A stretch of 53,669 bases of DNA from Nemertoderma westbladi (Eukaryota; Animalia; Xenacoelomorpha): assembly GCA_032718475.1 (NCBI GenBank), contig JAUCBJ010007683.1, positions 1 through 53,669 of the forward strand, given 5' to 3'. A program made the position numbers and the translations under genes. Under the pieces are notes generated by a model. That model saw only the letters and a program-made list of their open reading frames with translations. It was not told the DNA's origin and made no database searches. Shown here piece by piece: positions 47,801-53,669 of the stretch. How positions within the stretch are numbered: the first letter of the stretch is position 1; the number at the start of each line of letters is the position of its first letter.

Positions 47801-48029
47801 ACTCATCGAGGTAGTTGATATTTTGCCTCACGATAGCGGATTCCGAGTTGTGCGCGAATATTTGTTACAGATACACCCTGACAATAAGAATACATGGAAC
47901 TTCCAGAAAGTCGTTAATCGTATCACCTATGGTGAATTTGACCGTTTCCGAACGGAAAAGCGGAACAAGGGAGCTTGGTTAACCGTCGCATGGGCGTACC
48001 GAGCCGCGTTCTACCATAAACGTATATGA
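44829..48029 (+). CDS. Accessory ORF2: DEDDy 3'-5' exonuclease (WRN/Mut-7/RNase D-like) plus 3 CCHC zinc knuckles; ancestral end at 48552 (~1240 aa)
   Basis: ExoI YMFYDNEG, TIQI, ExoII LPKTVRNMILDKTVVKIGSGVRED, YVDT, ExoIII W....P....QYYLAIE; knuckles CGKCGVAGHHSTKC, CGWCGDQGSHTFYTC and CTYCNIKGHRASEC; TGA at 48027 is CGA in copy 1. Confidence 0.8.
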   Translation: MAKGIQGEPRWGYDIQEEAAAPFERFGAKDYTIFGIKDLSESTAKLAKTKYDSNVLKRRQNALNERIESLRKTFNELYPYDALCDTGDISEDPDTEISRLYLTMQYLKAHEPMPAVRDEFDGMHLYRRTRGDDRETKEAFSVYKLYYQCGACMREQRNAIPMRLNKENPEPILARCSNHQQLRYQEGGYPLSNPYHSFAMTGPKAGEIVVYPPKVVEPDVFELTLDEATQSTREKKEALSLYRAYKAFEKGEMEEWGGRLASLPYHWTSHDQTSAKEMTPEVFESINFAQNVIQRLQIASPERTREMQPYSTSTTKPLSTTLNFPISIPVRQDTTYEIPIVDHPEIISNLEFLPAVVLSDMVKIYDLRRHITQKVVHNVPPNIQDFRELDRAGADIAPSNLKGYLTKTIRLWIGTGTFESDTDIAADWQGKVIRFEDEKDIEKIWQPSEELLDEWNRTFRSFQENGYMFYDNEGGSHQQSLTSKTIQIRAADGVLHVFSRQRSDKRMPIPPGTTKRHHFITNIVKKMDQACNIDARMLPKTVRNMILDKTVVKIGSGVREDLISDFAGMSDSDDRLPTPYVDTRPLILWSIEQGYFREYDTQKTGTGYISYLMFNWDYKESKRTKYIETYGEGDTPDINEFESQLKWRGCVYWAITSPPRAVLQYYLAIESSVNVCLVADIVSRTLKRHPLCLGEDHTFYAEGRIHTDVFRRFLEPFYNSDAQCNAFTRAGFSIFRDVYLRCAGSLIERPSMFTLLPYEGERIVELTDESRQTRAPIGHLGDDFEVTTAIDDPLEELLEIERNLPKKSQTEIRQLEATDAVVCIQPSETYQPIDPDDYDYSVGGSARPIGNLIYERVWYPANTMCGKCGVAGHHSTKCSGKHITTTQLICGWCGDQGSHTFYTCWRFMAQCTYCNIKGHRASECQLRDIPYEHESVKLVRKLFDEWEDLADEHVAAQRRRFPMRAHLGFWAVNPQTMMSEGYISAMPQYDELIEVVDILPHDSGFRVVREYLLQIHPDNKNTWNFQKVVNRITYGEFDRFRTEKRNKGAWLTVAWAYRAAFYHKRI

Positions 48030-49389
48030 GCGAGCGTATTCGAGGAAGAGGAGGTCCTAGAGGCGACCAACATACCAGCTACTCCGGTCGCGCCGTCTGC
48101 ACGTCACCCTCGGGAGGACGGACAGCACAGGATCATAAGGGTTCAGAAAGTGGGCCAACAGTTAAAGAAAACTATCAACGTTGAAGAACGAAGGGGATAC
48201 GAACCGACTATTCGAATTACTCGGGATACGGTTTCGCTTCCCAGAGAACCGCAAGGGGGATCGGGACATATACCAGCTGATCAAAAAGGGGGCGCAAGCT
48301 TCTCTTGGGTCTGCGTCGTCCGCTTCTCGCGCGTTCCCAGACGTTTTACCAGCGGTAGATACAACAGATCGGTCAAGAGGGATTGGACGAGGATTTGGGA
48401 TAACTAAGAGACGAATATGTGAGGAAATGGTCGTACCATCTCCCAACGTCCAAAGTAAACCAGTGGCTCGCCCCACAAGTCCCATATCACGAGCTAAATC
48501 GCCGATACGCAGTTTTCGAGGACGCGGCAGGGCTCAATCCGCTAAGCGTTAAAGTGGGAAGGAAGGAGTGGACGGAAGACTCGTGAGCCTTTCTTATGAA
48601 TTGTTTGTTTTATGCATTGTTTAGGTAAATCAAATTGTTTATGTAATTTGTATTGTTTAAAATTTATATTGCTCTAAATTTATGCAATTTATATTATTCT
48701 AAATTTATGCAATTTATATTATTCTAAATCTATGCAATTTACATTGTTCTAAATTTATGTATTTGTATTGTTCCGGATTTATGAAATTTAGAAAGTTTAT
48801 ATTTAGAAGGAACTTATATTTGAAAGATTTATATTTCATATTTGAGATGCAAGGAGTTTATATTATTCTAAACGTATGCAGTATTATTCTAAACTTATGC
48901 AATTTAGTAAAGATTTATATTTAGAAAGTGCTATATTTGTAGTCATTCCAAACTTACGCAATTTATTGTTTCGAATATTATGCAATTTATATTTTATAAA
49001 GAAGCAGTATTTGTATTTACAGTAAATAGAAGGCAAGAGCAGACGGAAGACTTGTGAGCCTTTCTTGTGATTTATTCCGAACTTATGCAATTTGTTTTAT
49101 ATTTAAGTAGTATTAGTATTTGTGATTGTTTGAATTCATGCAATATTTGAGATGCAATAGATTTATTTTAGTGAATTTAATTTAGATTTATATTGTGCTT
49201 ACTTAATAAAGCCTTAAATACGTAAAGTTTGAATTTGTAATTATTTGTATCGAATTATTATGTAAAGGTATTATTGTTGAGATCTAATTTGTAAATATGT
49301 AAGTACGTCCCAAGTATTCTATAGTTTGATTTAGTATTGGTGAAAACCGTATATTTTATGCACGATAATATCCTGTTTTCATGGAGCGG

Positions 49390-50371
49390 TATAGAATTAT
49401 ATTCTCTAAATGCCGTGGATTTTCAAAATTTTATTTTATTCGGATTAACTTTGTTATAAAGATTACATTAAGTCCTCATTTGTATTTACTATATCTATTT
49501 GTACGATGATTATTCAAGTGGTTCAGTAGCTCAGTCGGTAAAGCGTTGGAAATTATATGTAGTAGGTATTGAGTTCGAATCCTTGTAGGTGCGAATTATT
49601 TTTTGTGCAGAATTTCAACTCATTTAAATTAACCGCTACAAATTAAATTGCATTTGCCTGTACCTAGATTAACCAATGGGACTGTAGTTATTAGACAGTA
49701 ACCAATGTCGTGCAAGTTATATATTCGCTGGACCAATAGTTATCTTTAAAAACCTATTAGAACTCATAGAACAATCGAGAATTTTCTCGATTGATTGCAG
49801 CACAAATTTGCTATATAAGGTGCGATTTCGTTCATTAGTTATTCATTCTAATTAGTTTATAGTATACAATCATTCGTGCTTTAGATTATCTTTATTAGTT
49901 ATCTATTAGTTTCTTGTTACGTTTATGTATATCTTTTGTAATAAAAGTTAGAAATACTTGTTACATCTGCCCTTTTCTATCATGTTTTACTACGGTGAAC
50001 TTAACTGAGGGACAAGATGGCAGGCTAAACATCGGGCCACAGCAGTGAACAGGAACATCTGAGGAATGTAGACAGGAGACAACCCGCAATAACATTCTTG
50101 AGTTATTCGCCCATCGCCTGAAAGGTTAGACAGCGTTCAATGCCTTGCTACCTAAGTATAAGACCAAAGATCGAAGGTAGAGGTAGTGACACGCTGTGCG
50201 CTAAAAATTACATCTAGGGACCGTACTGTCTACTGTCTTAATTCAGAGAAAACCCGCGGTAGACCTTCATATTCCTACGGGGGAGAGGAGAGCAGGCAGA
50301 GATACTAGTACACAGATAGGACGTAGGCACACCGGTACAAGGCATACACATTGGTAGGGTGCAGCAAACTG
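49390..50371 (+). repeat. Partial, diverged 3' LTR of copy 2
   Basis: Begins TATAGAATTATATT after GGAGCGG; homology ends at GCAGCAAACTG. Confidence 0.9.
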
Positions 50372-50700
50372 CCCTGCTAACCAGACACGCTACACGCTAT
50401 TATACCAAACGTTTGTTTATATGCTTGAATCATGTTGACATGTTTTTTTTCTAAACTTGTTTTAATCAACATGTTATTTTAACATCTAAATAACATAATA
50501 TCCAATCATGTTATAATCAAACATTTGTTGATCACGTTTTTATGATACCTAAATGTAACATGTTTTATCATGTAATTATTTAACATTTGTTTTACACGTT
50601 ATTGTGTAACATAAATCATACATGTTTATTCCAGCTGTTTGTTAAATGCTACTTTGTCGTGTTGAACAAACGTCCTGCACATCATTGCCAATATGTCTTA
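50372..50700. mobile_element. Probable end of an animal CMC/EnSpm-like DNA transposon inserted in the LTR
   Basis: LTR homology breaks abruptly at CCCTGCTAACCAGAC, followed by many subterminal AACATGTT/AAACGTTT palindromes; the other end is not seen. Confidence 0.4.
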
Positions 50701-52295
50701 AGGCTGTTTGAATAAACCGCCTAAAATTTACCGCCAAATTCGTTTATAGGCCTATAAATCATGCAGCAGTGCATGCAGTACTGCAGTACATCAGTCAGTC
50801 AGTAGACACTCCACTGCCTGCCCCAGCCTACCAGCACCCACTCAGCCTCAGCCACATTCTGAGAGCTTGACAGTAGTGCTGCAGGTAGGCAGTGTGTAGG
50901 CCAGCTGTTTACTGGTTTAAGTGCTGCAATAGGGTTGACCATACTCTGATACTGCCATATGTTTGTTTACTGCCGTATGCCTATATTAACTGTTTAAGTT
51001 ATTTTTAATTAAGCTTCATACTGCCTGACTGTCATATAAACTGATAAATCTTTTTATATTATACATTATATGTTATATAGGCCTACATAACATATATAAT
51101 ACATAATACTGTAATATATGTCATATACATTATATATTATTTATGTACATTATATAGGCCTAGCAGCCTAGCCTAATTGTATTGTAATACCAGAATACAG
51201 TAATATGTCTGTATGTAATGCAGTCAGGCAGTGCAGTGCCAGTAATTCGATGACGACGACAGTTTAGATTGGGCTCTGTCTTCCTGGCGCTGGTTGGTCG
51301 AAACAACAGGCAAGCGGCAAGGGCTGCACTGGCAGACTGGCTGACTGGAAAAATATTATGGCCTCCTCGAAATGCCGGCCTACTACCGGTACAGCGGTAC
51401 GTTGGAAAGAATTTTCGAATCCAGATCTTCTGTCAACTGTCAAGTTGGCCCACATTTAATGCGAAGGTTCTTCACTTAACAGGTTTGTATTGAACTTGAA
51501 TAGGCTTCTTACACATCGTTATTTCAGTGATTCAAGTGATTAAAATCCTAATCCTGTAATCTATTTGGATCAAATAGAGGGAAAAAGCGCCGGCGGTCGG
51601 AAGTAAATTACACATGCCAGCATGCGGTCCCAGGCAGCCAGCTAAAGATACGCATCAGATTCTGGCGATGAGGTTATTATTTTACTTACTACTACTGTAC
51701 TAGCCTTGCTGTTAGGTTAGGCCCACTTGGTACTTTGGGCCGTTTATAAATCGTCAGATCGTGCATATGCTTAAACTGTAATTTAAAATAAAACATGCCT
51801 TACTCTGGCTATCTATGGTAGGTAAGTAAATGTTTGCTTTATTTTTTACTCATTTCCTCTTTATAAACCAGTCCCCAGTGCAGTGGTAATGTGAAACAGT
51901 CTGTGATGGGTTGTGGTGACTTGTGCACGTTGATCTAATTGCTCCAATGCTATATGTATATATATTATTATCATTTTAGGTGGAATATATGAGCGACAAT
52001 GAATCCAATCATGTTTCCAATACGATACTCACACTGATTACCCAGACAACTAACAATACGTTGATCATTGATACTCAGAGGTGAGTTGTGATACCGCCTC
52101 TCCCTCTATCTACAACCTAACCCTATTCTAAGACAACACTAAACTCTAGACTTACCTAACCAAACCCTTTCACCAAGCTACCACTATATATCCCATGGCG
52201 ATATTTTCTCGAAATATTTTCCAGTCTCGATGTTTTATATATCGAGACGCTTTTTTATACTTTTGGAAGCAGAGACAGAAGTTGGGCGAGACAGA

Positions 52296-52842
52296 AGTCA
52301 CAGCCACTCAAAGCTATGTTACAACCACTCAATGCTATGTCACAGCCACTCAACGCTATGTCACAGCCACTCAATGCTATGTCACAGCCGCTCAATGCTA
52401 TGTCACAGCCACTCAACGCTATGTCACAGCCACTCAAAGCTATGTCACAGGCCACTCAACGCTATGTCACAGCCAATCAACGCTATGTCACAGCCACTCA
52501 ATGCTATGCCACAGCCACCCAACGCTATGTCACAGCCGCTCAATGCTATGTCACAGCCGCTCAATGCGTCACAGCCGCTCAACGCTTTGTCACAACCACT
52601 CAAAGCTATGTCACAGCCACTCAACGCTATGTCACAGCTACTCAACGCTATGTCACAGCCACTCAACGCTATGTCACAGCCAATCAACGCTAGCCACCCA
52701 ACGCTATGTCACAGCTCAATCAACGCTATGCCACAGCCACTCAATGCTATGCCACAGCCACCCAACGCTATGTCACAGTCACCCAACGCTGGCCACCCAT
52801 CGCTGGCCACCCAACGCTAGTGTCACAGCGACAGCCACTCAA
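52296..52842 (+). repeat. 21-bp minisatellite, ~25 copies
   Basis: Unit GTCACAGCCACTCAACGCTAT; accounts for the repetitive ORFs at 52195-52896. Confidence 0.95.
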
Positions 52843-53009
52843 CAATTCCCCATTTATTTTTATTTAGGTTTACATCTAGTAGATAATTTATTGTAGATGA
52901 TGAAGTCTTAGTCTAATATAATCGTAGTCCGAGCCTTATATTTTTTTAACACATAAATAAATTAATTTTCCAGATCCAAGATACGGGAAAGTTATTCCAC
53001 TTTGCTAGC

Positions 53010-53669
53010 GACGGATATCCTTGGTGGAACGGACTCCGGATTCAGTGATATCGACGGATCCTTGGTGGAACGGACTCCGGATTCAGTGATATCGACGGAT
53101 CCTTGGCGGAACGGACTCCGGATTCAGTGATATCGACGGATCCTTGGCGGAACGGACTCCGGATTCAGTGATATCGACGGATCCTTGGCGGAACGGACTC
53201 CGGATTCAGTGATATCGACGGATCCTTGGTGGAACGGACTCCGGATTCAGTGATATCGACGGATCCTTGGCGGAACGGACTCCGGATTCAGTGATATCGA
53301 CGGATCCTTGGCGGAACGGACTCCGGATTCAGTGATATCGACGGATCCTTGGCGGAACGGACTCCGGATTCAGTGATATCGACGGATCCTTGGCGGAACG
53401 GACTCCGGATTCAGTGATATCGACGGATCCTTGGCGGAACGGACTCCGGATTCAGTGATATCGACGGATCCTTGGCGGAACGGACTCCGGATTCAGTGAT
53501 ATCGACGGATCCTTGGCGGAACGGACTCCGGATTCAGTGATATCGACGGATCCTTGGCGGAACGGACTCCGGATTCAGTGATATCGACGGATCCTTGGCG
53601 GAACGGACTCCGGATTCAGTGATATCGACGGATCCTTGGCGGAACGGACTCCGGATTCAGTGATATCGA
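53010..53669 (+). repeat. 41-bp GC-rich homogeneous tandem repeat, ~16 copies, running off the window
   Basis: Unit GACGGATCCTTGGYGGAACGGACTCCGGATTCAGTGATATC. Confidence 0.97.

Larger units (their letters stand above)
38401..50371 (+). mobile_element. BEL/Pao element copy 2: 5'-truncated, integrase deleted, partial 3' LTR
   Basis: Homologous to copy 1 from ~23185; gag-pol has stops and frameshifts; ~2.7-kb deletion at ~44280 (copy 1 ~28987-31705); LTR runs 49390-50371. Confidence 0.93.

Noticed and set aside
52195-52896. Repetitive ORFs in several frames
   Set aside because: Artefact of a stop-poor 21-bp minisatellite.
53010-53669. 41-bp array as CRISPR or coding repeat
   Set aside because: No spacers; the unit length is not a multiple of 3 and contains TGA, so plus-strand frames close.

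Overview
AT-rich, repeat-dense animal (probably invertebrate) genomic DNA. There is one clear host gene, a two-exon BTB-BACK-TLDc protein (12841-14935). It lies among RTE and CR1/L2-type LINE fragments, two tRNA-derived SINEs, several non-autonomous DNA transposons (Harbinger-like, piggyBac-like, probable CMC/EnSpm end) and minisatellites. The window is dominated by two copies of an unusual BEL/Pao LTR retrotransposon: a recent full-length copy (20145-37277; 1901-bp LTRs, 5-bp TSD CTTGA, intact 2911-aa Gag-Pol) and a truncated, diverged copy (~38401-50371). The family departs from the BEL/Pao norm in several linked ways. (1) It has no TGG/tRNA-type primer-binding site: the 11 nt after the 5' LTR are exactly complementary to an 11-mer inside the LTR itself, suggesting self-priming or a self-encoded primer. 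(2) A ~1240-aa accessory ORF sits in the env position and encodes a WRN/Mut-7/RNase D-like DEDDy 3'-5' exonuclease plus three CCHC knuckles rather than an envelope. (3) The LTR termini are TA...TA. (4) The LTR holds a tRNA-like Pol III unit and a long structured region. (5) A ~20-nt motif recurs about 11 times along the element regardless of reading frame. All alignments were made by eye and all functional models are inference.
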